A stretch of DNA of 64,000 nucleotides from a virus: IMG/VR virus record IMGVR_UViG_3300033475_000015. The stretch is one strand, 5' to 3'. Both the position numbers and the translations under genes were made by a program. Shown here in pieces: positions 7,809 to 17,287 of this stretch (position 1 is the first letter of the stretch; each line of letters opens with the position of its first letter). The notes under the pieces were generated by a model. That model was not told where the DNA came from. It did no database searches and saw only the letters and a list, made by a program, of their open reading frames with translations.

Positions 7809-8330
7809 GTGACCGCGCTGGTTCCCGCCGCCGGGTGGATCGGACTGGTCAAGATCGATGGGTTCGTAGGAGAGGCCATCCGAATCGCCCAGTGGCTCAA
7901 CGGCGACGGATTCAAGGATTACGAACACGCGTTCGTCATGGTCGACGGCCAGACGCTGGTCGAGGCGGAGCCGGGTGGTGTCCGGACCGCTGTGCTGACC
8001 GAGTACCAGGGACGCGAGGTTCTGTGGATCCCGTGCCCGCCGCAATACGCCGCCGCCATGGTCTCGGCCGCCCTGGCGTACGTTAAGATCCCGTACTCGT
8101 ACACCGACTACGTGGCGATCGCCGCTCATCACCTCGACCTGGACCCGCTGCACCTGGCGCAGTTGGCCGTCAGTAAGTCCGGGCATGTGATCTGCAGCCA
8201 GATGGCTGCCGCGTGTGCGGCCAAGGCAGGCTGGCCGCTGATCCCGGACCACGAGTGGCCCGGCTACATCACCCCTGCGAAGCTCACCCGGTGGGCACCG
8301 AGCCCGCCGGTGCCCCAGCTGGTCGCATGA
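7809..8330 (+). CDS. Permuted papain-like (YiiX/NlpC-P60 superfamily) amidase or peptidase
   Basis: His motif (EHAFV...LVEAEPGGV) precedes PYSY and the catalytic CSQ motif, then ITP. Confidence 0.7.
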   Translation: MTALVPAAGWIGLVKIDGFVGEAIRIAQWLNGDGFKDYEHAFVMVDGQTLVEAEPGGVRTAVLTEYQGREVLWIPCPPQYAAAMVSAALAYVKIPYSYTDYVAIAAHHLDLDPLHLAQLAVSKSGHVICSQMAAACAAKAGWPLIPDHEWPGYITPAKLTRWAPSPPVPQLVA

Positions 8331-10066
8331 CAGCCACGCTGGACCAGCAGGCCACCGGAGATACCTCCGGTGGCCAGAACGGGGTATTCCCGACCCGCAT
8401 CATCTCCGCCTCGGAGTCGATCGGGTTCTTGGACGGCGAGACGTCCGAGACCTTCGACTGGAAGTCCTACGTCCGCAGCAGGGACAGGCGGTGGAAGGGC
8501 GAGAGCCTGTTGCACCCCAGCGGCAAAGCCAGCCGCGAGGTGATCCGCCAGTCGTCCCGCTTTCGTCGGCTGCAGACCCGGCGCGACCCGATGCTGTTTG
8601 CTCTGGTGTATCTGCGCGACCACCTGCGCTCCGAGGCTACCGGAGGCGAGATCACCATGTGCGACGCTCACATCGACTGGTGCAAGCAGGCCCTCGAATG
8701 GATCCGCCGATCCAGCCGACCACGTGAGAAGCGCGATGTCTACGTGGCCCCGCGTGAGCTGGGCAAGTCGACCTGGTTCTTTTTGATCCTGCCGCTGTGG
8801 GCCGCCGCCCACGGGCATCGCAAGTTCATCGCTGCCTTTGCCGACGCCGGTACACAGGCTGAGATGCACCTGCAGACATTCAAGAACGAGCTCGACACGA
8901 ACGCCCTGCTGCGCCGGGACTATCCCGACCTGTGCGAGCCCGCCGTCCGTGACCGTGGCATGACCCTGTCCGACACCAAGGGCCTGACCATCCGCAAGTC
9001 CGGATTCGTCTTCGGTGCCCGTGGCGCGGACTCGAAGACCCTCGGCATGAAGGTCGGGCACCAGCGGCCCGACATGCTCATCCTCGACGACATCGAGCCG
9101 GGCGAGGACCAGTACAGCGAGTACCAGGTCCAGGGCCGTCTGACCACGATCATCGACGTCATCTTTCCGCTGTCCGAGTACGCCCAGGTCGTGATCGCCG
9201 GAACAGTGACGTTGCCCGGCTCCATCATCCACCAGCTGGTCAAGTCTGTGACCGAGCCGGACGAGGAGCCCGCCGAGTGGATCCGCGAGCAGAATATGCG
9301 GGTGCACTACTACCCGCCGGTTATCGCGAACGACGACGGCACCGAGCGTTCGATCTGGCCCTCGAAGTGGCCCATCGAGTTCCTGCAGGCGATCCGCCAT
9401 ACCAGGTCGTTCCTTAAGAACTTCGCCAACAGCCCGCTCGGCCTGGACGGCGACTACTGGACCAAGGACGATTTCCAGTACGGTTCGCTGCCGCTGACCA
9501 CCAAGACCGTGCTGTCGATCGACCCGGCCATGAAGGACAAGAAGGCGACCGACTGGACGGGCCTGGCCGTGGTCGGCTGGATGCCGCCGCCGTCGCGCGA
9601 CCCGCGTGTCAAGGCCACCGACGCCGAGGACATCCAGTCCCGGATCCTCGGCAACTTCGGCATGTGTGAGGTCAAGTACGTCAGGGCCGTGAAGCTGATC
9701 GGCGAGAAGCTGCGGGCCGAGGTGCTGCGCATCCTGGAGATGTTCCCGGAGATCGGGCTGGTCCTGGTCGAGGTCAACCAGGGCGGTGAGCACTGGATCG
9801 ACATCCTGCACCACCTGCCGTGCAAGATCCAGCTGATCGAGCAGTCTGTCGACAAGCGCGTGCGGGCGGCCCAGCTGCTGGCGCACTACCAGCGCCAGCG
9901 GGTGCTGCACACCACCCGCCACGGGTCGGCCGAGGAGCAGATGGTCGGGTTCCCCAAGGCGCCGAACGACGACATGGTGGACGCCATCGGTTCGGCGGCG
10001 GTGCGCATGCTGCGACCGCCCAAGAAGGACTCCATGGGCGGCCGCAACATCGGGTCGTACGTCTAA
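8327..10066 (+). CDS. terL: Terminase large subunit
   Basis: Walker A APRELGKST, Walker B LILDD, nuclease SIDPA and DDMVDA. Confidence 0.92.
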   Translation: MTATLDQQATGDTSGGQNGVFPTRIISASESIGFLDGETSETFDWKSYVRSRDRRWKGESLLHPSGKASREVIRQSSRFRRLQTRRDPMLFALVYLRDHLRSEATGGEITMCDAHIDWCKQALEWIRRSSRPREKRDVYVAPRELGKSTWFFLILPLWAAAHGHRKFIAAFADAGTQAEMHLQTFKNELDTNALLRRDYPDLCEPAVRDRGMTLSDTKGLTIRKSGFVFGARGADSKTLGMKVGHQRPDMLILDDIEPGEDQYSEYQVQGRLTTIIDVIFPLSEYAQVVIAGTVTLPGSIIHQLVKSVTEPDEEPAEWIREQNMRVHYYPPVIANDDGTERSIWPSKWPIEFLQAIRHTRSFLKNFANSPLGLDGDYWTKDDFQYGSLPLTTKTVLSIDPAMKDKKATDWTGLAVVGWMPPPSRDPRVKATDAEDIQSRILGNFGMCEVKYVRAVKLIGEKLRAEVLRILEMFPEIGLVLVEVNQGGEHWIDILHHLPCKIQLIEQSVDKRVRAAQLLAHYQRQRVLHTTRHGSAEEQMVGFPKAPNDDMVDAIGSAAVRMLRPPKKDSMGGRNIGSYV

Positions 10067-10326
10067 GCTCGCTTGCGCCGTCGGTCGCCGGGGGCGGGGG
10101 TGGTGTAGCGGACGGTGTCGATCGTGTCTTTGAGGGCCCGGACCTGGCGCACGGTGTCCAGTTCGGTGTCGCCCCGGCCCAGTGCGCTCTCGATCAACCA
10201 GGTGATCTCGTCGGCGAGGCGGCCCGCGTCCTCCTGGGTCAGACTGATGACCATGCGGTCGTTGATCTTGCTGGCCACCGGGTGGCCCTGCGGGTGAATG
10301 AGCGTAAGGTTCTTGTCGTGGTCCAC
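10063..10326 (-). CDS. Hypothetical protein
   Basis: GTG after ACCGGAGGTC RBS and cassette promoter (10389-10403). Confidence 0.65.
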   Translation of the reverse strand: MDHDKNLTLIHPQGHPVASKINDRMVISLTQEDAGRLADEITWLIESALGRGDTELDTVRQVRALKDTIDTVRYTTPAPGDRRRKRA

Positions 10327-10430
10327 GTTGACCTCCGGTCGGCGGGGGCCGACCGGGTGGGCGGCCCCACAACCAGCCAAGCACACAGTTGACCCCGGGT
10401 CAAGGACCCGGGGTCTGGGGTGTTGCTGGG

Positions 10431-10805
10431 CTACTTGTAGTCGACGTCGGTGATGACCTCGGCGTCCCGCAGGTGGTGCGCCAGATACTCGTTGCCGACG
10501 TAGGACTTCACGTCCTCCCGCACCGCCTTGGCGGAGGTGTCGGTTCCGAACTCGCGCGCCCAGGCGTCGACGTCCACGGTCAGCTTGACGGTGACGGACA
10601 CTGTGATCTCGCGTGTGACGACTTTCACGAGCTTGGCGTTGACCCAGTTGGCGGTCTGCGGCACTCCCGGCCGGGTCGAGGGCTCGACGCGGAACCCCGG
10701 GGTGGTCTCATCGAGATCGGTCTCGGGGGTGCCCTCGCGCACCTCGCCCTTGGTGTAGTAGACCACGCCGTGCATCTCAACATTGTGCAGGAACTGGACC
10801 TTCAT
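10431..10805 (-). CDS. Hypothetical protein
   Basis: ATG after ACCGGAGGTC RBS. Confidence 0.7.
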   Translation of the reverse strand: MKVQFLHNVEMHGVVYYTKGEVREGTPETDLDETTPGFRVEPSTRPGVPQTANWVNAKLVKVVTREITVSVTVKLTVDVDAWAREFGTDTSAKAVREDVKSYVGNEYLAHHLRDAEVITDVDYK

Positions 10806-10834
10806 GACGACCTCCGGTGTTGAATGGGTTGATG

Positions 10835-11008
10835 TTAGCCGTGATTGTGGGCGCAGCAGCGGATGCAACGACCCTCGTAGCGGGCTACCAGGCTCGGGTC
10901 GCGGTCAGCACCGTTGTCGGTGATCGGGGTGCTGTCCGGACGGCTGGTGCACAACAAGCTCTTAGGCAGGTCATCGCGCTGGCACCTGACGCAGTATGCG
11001 CTGTCCAT
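10835..11008 (-). CDS. Small Cys-rich (CxxC...CxxC) protein
   Basis: MDSAYCVRC...CIRCC; RBS and promoter at 11070-11084. Confidence 0.6.
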   Translation of the reverse strand: MDSAYCVRCQRDDLPKSLLCTSRPDSTPITDNGADRDPSLVARYEGRCIRCCAHNHG

Positions 11009-11085
11009 CTCGACCTCCGGTGCTGCGGGCCGGACCTCCCGGCCCCGCAACACCCATTCAACCATCCTCTTGCCAACGTGTCAAG

Positions 11086-11346
11086 CTAGTAGATCTTCAT
11101 CGTCATGTCGAGGGCTGCGCACCACGCCCGTGTGTCGGTCAGTGTCGGGTCATTGATCCGGCGCTCCCACGCCGACAGTGCGGACTGACCCACGCCGATC
11201 CGGCGGGCGACGCGCCCCTGAGTCCAACCTCGCTTCTTGCGCTCTTCGACCAGACGAGTTATCAGCGGATCCTCCGGGAACCTGGCGGTGGTCCGTCCGC
11301 TGGCCAGCTTCCTAGGCACCCTCGGGCCGACCGAACGTCTCGTCAC
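11086..11346 (-). CDS. XRE-family HTH protein
   Basis: ERKKRGWTQGRVARRIGVGQSALSAWERRINDP. Confidence 0.8.
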   Translation of the reverse strand: MTRRSVGPRVPRKLASGRTTARFPEDPLITRLVEERKKRGWTQGRVARRIGVGQSALSAWERRINDPTLTDTRAWCAALDMTMKIY

Positions 11347-11614
11347 GGGTCTTGGTCAGGAACCGGACGAGCTGGCCCAGACGGGCCCTGTCCTGGCTGT
11401 CCAGGTCCACCTGGACCGTGTGCGGCCAGTCGCTGTCCCGGGCCGTGCGATCCAGCAAGAGCAGGTACTCGCTGGTGAACAGAACGAACTCCAGCTGCTC
11501 CTGGCTGAGCCGGAGCAGGGCCGTCGGCTGGATCTCGGTGCGCGGGCCGGGCATCTTTCTCCTAGGGTCGGCCGACGCCCCGTCCGGGGCGTCGGGGTTG
11601 TACAGTCTAGGCAT
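11312..11614 (-). CDS. Hypothetical protein
   Basis: MPRLYNPD... ORF in leftward run. Confidence 0.55.
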   Translation of the reverse strand: MPRLYNPDAPDGASADPRRKMPGPRTEIQPTALLRLSQEQLEFVLFTSEYLLLLDRTARDSDWPHTVQVDLDSQDRARLGQLVRFLTKTRDETFGRPEGA

Positions 11615-11637
11615 GTCGGTATCCTCGGATCTATCGG

Positions 11638-12021
11638 TTACAGCGCCAGCGCCAGTCCGGTCTCGATGCTCTCGTGCAGCCGGGCCACCTGGCTGCCCAG
11701 CGGCTCGCCCTCCGGCCCGGTCGGGCACTGCTCCTGGATCCAGGAGAGCATCTCCAGCAGTTCCTTGGCGTCGCGTCGGCTGATCTTGACCGTCCGGGCG
11801 TCCAGGTGCTGGTCCTGGGTCTTGGCCTCGACAGACCGCCAGATCTTGTCGTCCCCGACCCGGAAGATCTCGATGTCGGCCCCCCGATCCAGCTGCTCCC
11901 GGGCCCGGAGGTCGGCCACCTGCACGGACGAGCAGACGATCACGCCCTGTCCGCGCAGCCCGGACCCCGAGGGGAACTTGAACTTGACGCGGTAGGGTTG
12001 GACCTCGCCTCTCTTGGTCAT
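11638..12021 (-). CDS. Hypothetical protein
   Basis: MTKRGEVQPYRV... Confidence 0.65.
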   Translation of the reverse strand: MTKRGEVQPYRVKFKFPSGSGLRGQGVIVCSSVQVADLRAREQLDRGADIEIFRVGDDKIWRSVEAKTQDQHLDARTVKISRRDAKELLEMLSWIQEQCPTGPEGEPLGSQVARLHESIETGLALAL

Positions 12022-12086
12022 TTCAACATCCTTATCAGACGGCCCCGCCCGGCCGTCGGTGGCCGGGCGGGGGTGGTGTGGGTGGG

Positions 12087-12287
12087 TCAGGCCACCTGCT
12101 GCCAGTCGGTGGCCTGAATCTCTTCCTCGGTCAGCTGGTGCGGGGTGCGGTTCCCAGTATTGGCGTCGTGGTCGACCAGATACCCCTCCATGTTCATGCC
12201 CAGCCACTGCTGCTCCGGCCAGTCGGGCCTACGCACGAAGTTGTAGACGCTCGCGGAGACGTGACGCAGGGTCTCGGTGTAGTTCAC
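12087..12287 (-). CDS. Hypothetical protein
   Basis: GGAGG RBS. Confidence 0.6.
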   Translation of the reverse strand: MNYTETLRHVSASVYNFVRRPDWPEQQWLGMNMEGYLVDHDANTGNRTPHQLTEEEIQATDWQQVA

Positions 12288-12341
12288 TCTACCTCCAACA
12301 GTTGAAGGGCCCAGCCCGCGAGTGCGGGCTGGGCGGTGTCG

Positions 12342-12704
12342 TCACCAGTCGACGTCGGTCTCGAACTGGTACTTGGTGCCCTTGTGCTCGAAGAGGACCT
12401 TCATGAATCCGCTGTTCATCGCCAGCTCCGCCAGCCGGTTGATGGTCAGCGGGATCTCCCACATCGGGGTGCTGTCCTCTGCGGCCTTGTCCTCGGGCTC
12501 ACGAGCGTCGAATACCAGCTTGTCCCAGTCCAGCGGTCCGACTGTGGCGGGGTCGATGTCCAGGAACACCAGTACGAGCTCGCACACCCACTCGAAGTTG
12601 GTGATCTCCTCGGTCCGGTCCCCGTGCGGGCTCTCAAAGACCCGGGAAATCTCGAAGTGCCAGCCGGGGCTGACCTCGCGCTCTCCGATACGGGTAACGT
12701 TCAT
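12342..12704 (-). CDS. Hypothetical protein
   Basis: ACCGGAGGTC RBS and promoter at 12765-12779. Confidence 0.7.
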   Translation of the reverse strand: MNVTRIGEREVSPGWHFEISRVFESPHGDRTEEITNFEWVCELVLVFLDIDPATVGPLDWDKLVFDAREPEDKAAEDSTPMWEIPLTINRLAELAMNSGFMKVLFEHKGTKYQFETDVDW

Positions 12705-12805
12705 GTGTTGACCTCCGGTTCGGTGCGGGGCCGGTCGGCCCCGCACCCCCATCCAACCATACCCTTGACCGGCTGTCAAGTTGACTGACAGCCGGTCGGG
12801 GGCGC

Positions 12806-13012
12806 CTACTGGGTCGGGCTGGTCTGCTGCTTGCGGCACTCCGGGCAGTCCCTGGGTCGGTGCATGTCGTCGTCGCTGAGAGTGTACGTGGCGCCGCTGG
12901 GTGTCTTGAACTGCACCAGCCCGTAGTACCGAGTGATCATGCTCGGTCGCATGCCCCCCTGGATCAGACCGTTGTGGAGCTGGGTCTGACGGTCCTGTCG
13001 GGCAGCGGGCAT
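12806..13012 (-). CDS. Hypothetical protein (CxxC)
   Basis: Coupled to the upstream HTH gene. Confidence 0.5.
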   Translation of the reverse strand: MPAARQDRQTQLHNGLIQGGMRPSMITRYYGLVQFKTPSGATYTLSDDDMHRPRDCPECRKQQTSPTQ

Positions 13013-13434
13013 CAGCTGCCCCCCAGCGCCCGAGCCATCTCGTCGGCGACCGACAACAGGTCCTCACTGACCAGGCTGCTCTTGCCCTCCATCTGCTTGG
13101 CCACCACGATCAGGTACCCCATCGCCAGCGCGATCTGGTACTTGGTCAACGACACCTCGATCTTCTCGTCGTCCGGCTTGCGGCGCGGCGCCCTCTTGGC
13201 CGGGGCGTCGCCCTTGACCAACACCACCTTGTGACCGAACACCCCCGCCCACGCGTGCAGCACGTCCAGCCTGGGCTGCATGTCGCCCCGCTCGTACCCG
13301 CTTACCGACGACCCGGACTCGAACCCGAGTTCGGTCGCGAGCTCCGGCTGGTGCATCTTGGCGGCCAGTCGGAGCTTGCGCAGCTCGGCGACGATCGGGT
13401 CGATGTCGCGGTCCTCGGGAATCGGCTTGCTCAT
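13012..13434 (-). CDS. XRE-family HTH protein
   Basis: LRKLRLAAKMHQPELATELGFESGSSVSGYERGDMQPRLD. Confidence 0.8.
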   Translation of the reverse strand: MSKPIPEDRDIDPIVAELRKLRLAAKMHQPELATELGFESGSSVSGYERGDMQPRLDVLHAWAGVFGHKVVLVKGDAPAKRAPRRKPDDEKIEVSLTKYQIALAMGYLIVVAKQMEGKSSLVSEDLLSVADEMARALGGS

Positions 13435-13509
13435 ATTAACCTCCAGTAATTGATACACCAGTCGTTGGGCGCCCCCGCCCTGACACGGGCGGGGGCGGGT
13501 GTTGCTATC

Positions 13510-14019
13510 TCAGACGCCGCAGTCCTCGAACTGTTCGGCGTTGGAGATCTCGGCGGGCTTCTTGTCCGGGATCGTGTTGGACAGGTACCGCTTGACCGCG
13601 TAGACGATCTGGTCGGCCCAGACGGAGTCGCTCTTCGAGGCCCACAAGGACCTTTCGATCGCGACCGCCTGCTCTCCGTCCGGAGTCCAAACCTCGACAC
13701 CGCCGTGCCCGTCCGTCTCGACGGCGAACATCGGGAACCCGTGGTCCCACGCCCGGTACGCGTTGCCGCCCGGGTAGTTGCCGTCGACGTCGTTCTCGGT
13801 CAGCTGCTCGACCAGGCCCGTGTGCTGCCAGTACACCTTGATCTGGGCGGGCAGGGCCTGGGCGATGCCGAGCTGGGTGGCGGACTCCTCGACCGACAGG
13901 CCCTCGGTGGAGGGCGTCGGCGGATAGACCGCCTCCACGATCACGCCCGTGTTCTCGGTGTTGAACGGGGCGCCCGCGCGCCGGACCTGGTGCCCGACGC
14001 CCAAGTTCTTCATGCTCAT
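13510..14019 (-). CDS. Hypothetical protein
   Basis: RBS and cassette promoter at 14091-14105. Confidence 0.7.
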   Translation of the reverse strand: MSMKNLGVGHQVRRAGAPFNTENTGVIVEAVYPPTPSTEGLSVEESATQLGIAQALPAQIKVYWQHTGLVEQLTENDVDGNYPGGNAYRAWDHGFPMFAVETDGHGGVEVWTPDGEQAVAIERSLWASKSDSVWADQIVYAVKRYLSNTIPDKKPAEISNAEQFEDCGV

Positions 14020-14101
14020 GTGCGGTGACCTCCGTACTCGGGGCGGGGCCCCGACCGGGCCCCGCGCTAAGGAAAAGCCAATCAGCCGGGTTGACCGCCT
14101 G

Positions 14102-14296
14102 TCAATCCCCGGTCAACCACGCCCCGACCAAAACCAGGACGATCGGGAACCACAAGAACATGAGCATAAAGAACCAGACCGTCTTGGTGACCCACCCGAA
14201 CTTGCTGAACTGTCGGCTGTTGATGGTCGTGAACGCGAACCCGACACCGACCAGCAGGTACCCGGCTGCCAGCAGCGTCAACACCAACCGGGTCAT
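14102..14296 (-). CDS. Small two-TM membrane protein
   Basis: MTRLVLTLLAAGYLLVGVGF...FLWFPIVLVLVG. Confidence 0.6.
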   Translation of the reverse strand: MTRLVLTLLAAGYLLVGVGFAFTTINSRQFSKFGWVTKTVWFFMLMFLWFPIVLVLVGAWLTGD

Positions 14297-14730
14297 CGGG
14301 CCGCCGCCTGGGCGATGTCGTCGGCCACCTGCTCCAGGGCCGCCGCGTGGCTCTCGTCGTCCTTGTGGACCCGGGCCGCTGCTGTGAGCAGGTGGCCCGC
14401 CGCGAGGACCGCACAGGCCCTGTTCGTGACCACGACGAGGCTGTGGAGCGGCACGTCCTCGTCTCGGCTCGGGGCCGGAGTGTCGTCGGACGGCAGCGAG
14501 TTGTCCGCGACTGCCCGCTGGATCAGCGCCCGCAACCACGAATCGGGGCACAGCCCCTTGCCGTCGGCCAGGTCAGCGACCACGAGCCCCGGGTGGGTGG
14601 TCGCTTCCAGCGCCCACTCTCCGCCGTTCAGCTGCACGACCTTGGGGTTGTCGGAGCTGGGCACCCCCGCGTCCTGCAGGATCGCCACCGCTCGGTACGC
14701 CGTTGCCTTATCCATTGATTTACTCTCCAT
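14293..14730 (-). CDS. Hypothetical protein
   Basis: Coupled ORF. Confidence 0.6.
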   Translation of the reverse strand: MESKSMDKATAYRAVAILQDAGVPSSDNPKVVQLNGGEWALEATTHPGLVVADLADGKGLCPDSWLRALIQRAVADNSLPSDDTPAPSRDEDVPLHSLVVVTNRACAVLAAGHLLTAAARVHKDDESHAAALEQVADDIAQAAAR

Positions 14731-14995
14731 CCTTGATCGGCAGCCACCTCGGGCCTCGGTCGGTCGACAGCAGGTCGCACCGGACCCACTTCGAGCCCTC
14801 GTACAACTGGACGACACTGGAGCGCCAGCTGTCGCCCGGGTGGGCGGGCGTCCCGAACCCGAACGCGAACGGCGCCATACTCGCGTCGGTCGGGTGGTCG
14901 GCCACGGCCACGCACTTGAACACCATCACGGTTTCGGGCGCGCGGAACGGCTGGTCCTCCATGTACGTCTTGCCGGGTTCCATCAGGTACTTCAT
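14720..14995 (-). CDS. Hypothetical protein
   Basis: GAGGAG RBS; MKYLMEPG... Confidence 0.65.
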   Translation of the reverse strand: MKYLMEPGKTYMEDQPFRAPETVMVFKCVAVADHPTDASMAPFAFGFGTPAHPGDSWRSSVVQLYEGSKWVRCDLLSTDRGPRWLPIKDGE

Positions 14996-15084
14996 GTCAA
15001 TCTCCTCTGCAACGGGCCGCCCCCGCACCGAATGGGCAGTGCGGGGGCGGGTGGTGTGGCGACGTCTGTCCTGCTGTCAAGTAC

Positions 15085-15399
15085 CTACCTGGTCGGGTGA
15101 AGCTGCTCCGTCAGCTTCTTGACCCAGTCCGGCCAGTCGTCGCGAACGGTGGTGAACCTCTCCATGCGCTCCTCGCGACCGAGCCCGCCGTTGGCCAGCC
15201 GACGGAATCCCCAGACCACGGCCTGAGCGGCCTTGAACGGGAGGTCGTTGGCCGAGTGGTAGTTGATCGACAGCCTGTGCGGGACGATGGACTCGCGCGC
15301 GTAGTGCCGTTCGACGTCGGGAGCCGGGCCGCCGAGCTCCCTGACCAGGTCCTCCGCGTTAAGCTCGACCAGGTGGTCGTGCGTCACTCTGGTGTACAT
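15085..15399 (-). CDS. Hypothetical protein
   Basis: ORF in run. Confidence 0.6.
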   Translation of the reverse strand: MYTRVTHDHLVELNAEDLVRELGGPAPDVERHYARESIVPHRLSINYHSANDLPFKAAQAVVWGFRRLANGGLGREERMERFTTVRDDWPDWVKKLTEQLHPTR

Positions 15400-15591
15400 C
15401 TATCTGCCTTCTCTCTTCTCCTTGCGGAAGCGGCGACGGTCGCACGCCTGCAGCAACTCGACGCTCAGGTGGTCCCGGTGGCACCCCTCGTGGTGGTAGT
15501 ACGTCTTCGGCTCGACCCGGCGCCGAGGCTTTCGCGGCACGCGAAACGGGCCGCCGATCCGTACCCGGCCGATCCCGATCGACCACCACAC
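15400..15591 (-). CDS. Small basic hypothetical protein
   Basis: AGGAGG RBS. Confidence 0.55.
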   Translation of the reverse strand: MWWSIGIGRVRIGGPFRVPRKPRRRVEPKTYYHHEGCHRDHLSVELLQACDRRRFRKEKREGR

Positions 15592-15648
15592 GGTGACCTC
15601 CTGACCTGACGGCCCCCGCCCCGAGTGGGGCGGGGGTGGTGTGTGGTA

Positions 15649-16203
15649 TCAGTTCTTGAAGGTGTTCTTGGTGACGACGATCGCGCCCAGGTTCGCGGCG
15701 TTGCTGACCTCGATCATTTCCGAAATCGCCGCGCCCACCATCCGGGCCAGCTGGTTCTCGTCGACGTCCTGAGCGCACGATCCGAGGTACTGGCGGGCTG
15801 CGTCGGCGTTGATCTGGAACTGCAGCACGACCGTGTGGGTCTTGGACTGGCGGGGGGCCTTGGCCGCCTTGGCGGTGTTGCGTCCGGTGACCTGGATGGT
15901 GCAGATCGTGTCACCGTCGATCCAGGTGGTCTCGTAGGTGTACCCACGCTTGTCCAGAGCCGCAGAGATGTTGTACCGACGGTACTCGATCACCCGGCTG
16001 ATCTCGGCCTGATCGTGGATCACGTCGTTCGGGTCGGTGATCAGGATGCGGGGCCAGTCGTCGTTAAGCAGCCGGTCGCCACTGCGTACCGTGACCCCGG
16101 TGTCGCGCTTGTCGCCCGTCGGCCGAACGTGGAATCCCGCGTCCCTCTTAATCAGGGCGCTGATTGCCGCCGCCCGAGACTTCGCGCTGGCCGAGACCGC
16201 CAT
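15649..16203 (-). CDS. Hypothetical protein
   Basis: ACCGGAGGT RBS and promoter at 16266-16280. Confidence 0.7.
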   Translation of the reverse strand: MAVSASAKSRAAAISALIKRDAGFHVRPTGDKRDTGVTVRSGDRLLNDDWPRILITDPNDVIHDQAEISRVIEYRRYNISAALDKRGYTYETTWIDGDTICTIQVTGRNTAKAAKAPRQSKTHTVVLQFQINADAARQYLGSCAQDVDENQLARMVGAAISEMIEVSNAANLGAIVVTKNTFKN

Positions 16204-16276
16204 TTGGCACCTCCGGTGTCTGGGGGCCGGTCCGTCCGGCCCCACAGGACAAGTCAACCACCTCCTTGACTACGTG

Positions 16277-16546
16277 TCAAGCTTTCCCGACGGCACGCCG
16301 GTCAAGACGGCCCCGGCGGGCGCAACGGCGGTGCACCACCCGCCAGCACTCATTCCAGGTGCCGTCGGGCGGAATCCTCGCCTCGACCCCGTCCTGCCAC
16401 ATCGTCCGCTCGCAGATCCAGCACTCGGGCAGGTTGTCCCGAGCCGTCGCCAGCCGCAACCGCGCCAGCCGAGCGGTCTTCCCGAGCACGATCAGCCAGG
16501 CCAGGCAGACCAAAGACATCAGACCCCAGTACAGCGGCCCGCTCAC
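16277..16546 (-). CDS. Small membrane-anchored protein with CxxC...HxxC
   Basis: N-terminal TM then ECWICE...VHRRC; GTGA-coupled. Confidence 0.55.
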   Translation of the reverse strand: MSGPLYWGLMSLVCLAWLIVLGKTARLARLRLATARDNLPECWICERTMWQDGVEARIPPDGTWNECWRVVHRRCARRGRLDRRAVGKA

Positions 16547-17157
16547 GAGGGGCTGTCGCCCGGGTCGGGCGTCGTCGGGTCGGTCGAGGGCGCGGCCGAC
16601 CCGGTGTCCGGCGAGGTGTCGGTGCTGGTCGGGGCGGACGAGTCCGGGGCCGGGTCCGGCAGACCCCCGCCGGGGCCGCCGGGGGCGCCCCCGATGCTGG
16701 GCAGCGGGTCGGCCGACCGACGGGGGCCGGACGGGGCCGACTGAGTATCGGTGGGGACGGGGGTGGTGTCGGTGGGGTCCGTGGTCACGGGGTCTCCGGT
16801 GGGGGCGGTGGTGTCGGCCGCAACAGCGGCCCGGCGGACCAGCGTCGCTCCGTCGGTGGGCACCACTATGGTTCCCCCGTCCGACGCCGGGGAGTATGTC
16901 TGGGTCAGTCCCGTGCTGGCCGGGGCGGGCTGGTTCGTCGAGTCGGCGGTGGCCGAAAACCAGACACCACCCCCCAGCGCGCTTCCGGACAGCACGGCCA
17001 GCAGCGTCCAGCCGTACACAGACGACAGGGCCTTGCGCGATCCGGTCCGGGTCGTCGCCGGAACCACCCGTTCGACCCTCTCGGTCGGCCAGTCCGGCAG
17101 TTCCAGCTCTGCGGTGTCGAGAGCCTCCATGGGCTCGGTGTCCTGTGTGATGGTCAT
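16543..17157 (-). CDS. Membrane-anchored Pro/Thr/Ser-rich low-complexity protein
   Basis: One TM (VYGWTLLAVLSGSALGGGVWF) then P/T/S/D-rich tail. Confidence 0.65.
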   Translation of the reverse strand: MTITQDTEPMEALDTAELELPDWPTERVERVVPATTRTGSRKALSSVYGWTLLAVLSGSALGGGVWFSATADSTNQPAPASTGLTQTYSPASDGGTIVVPTDGATLVRRAAVAADTTAPTGDPVTTDPTDTTPVPTDTQSAPSGPRRSADPLPSIGGAPGGPGGGLPDPAPDSSAPTSTDTSPDTGSAAPSTDPTTPDPGDSPS

Positions 17158-17287
17158 GTAACCATGGGAGCACTCACCTTGCGTGGGTGTCAAGTACTGC
17201 GTGGTCGGGTCGCCCCGTGGCCTCGCCATGATTTCAAATGGTTCAATTGACCTAACTCTCACGAGCTCCCACAACCCCGGAGGACCA

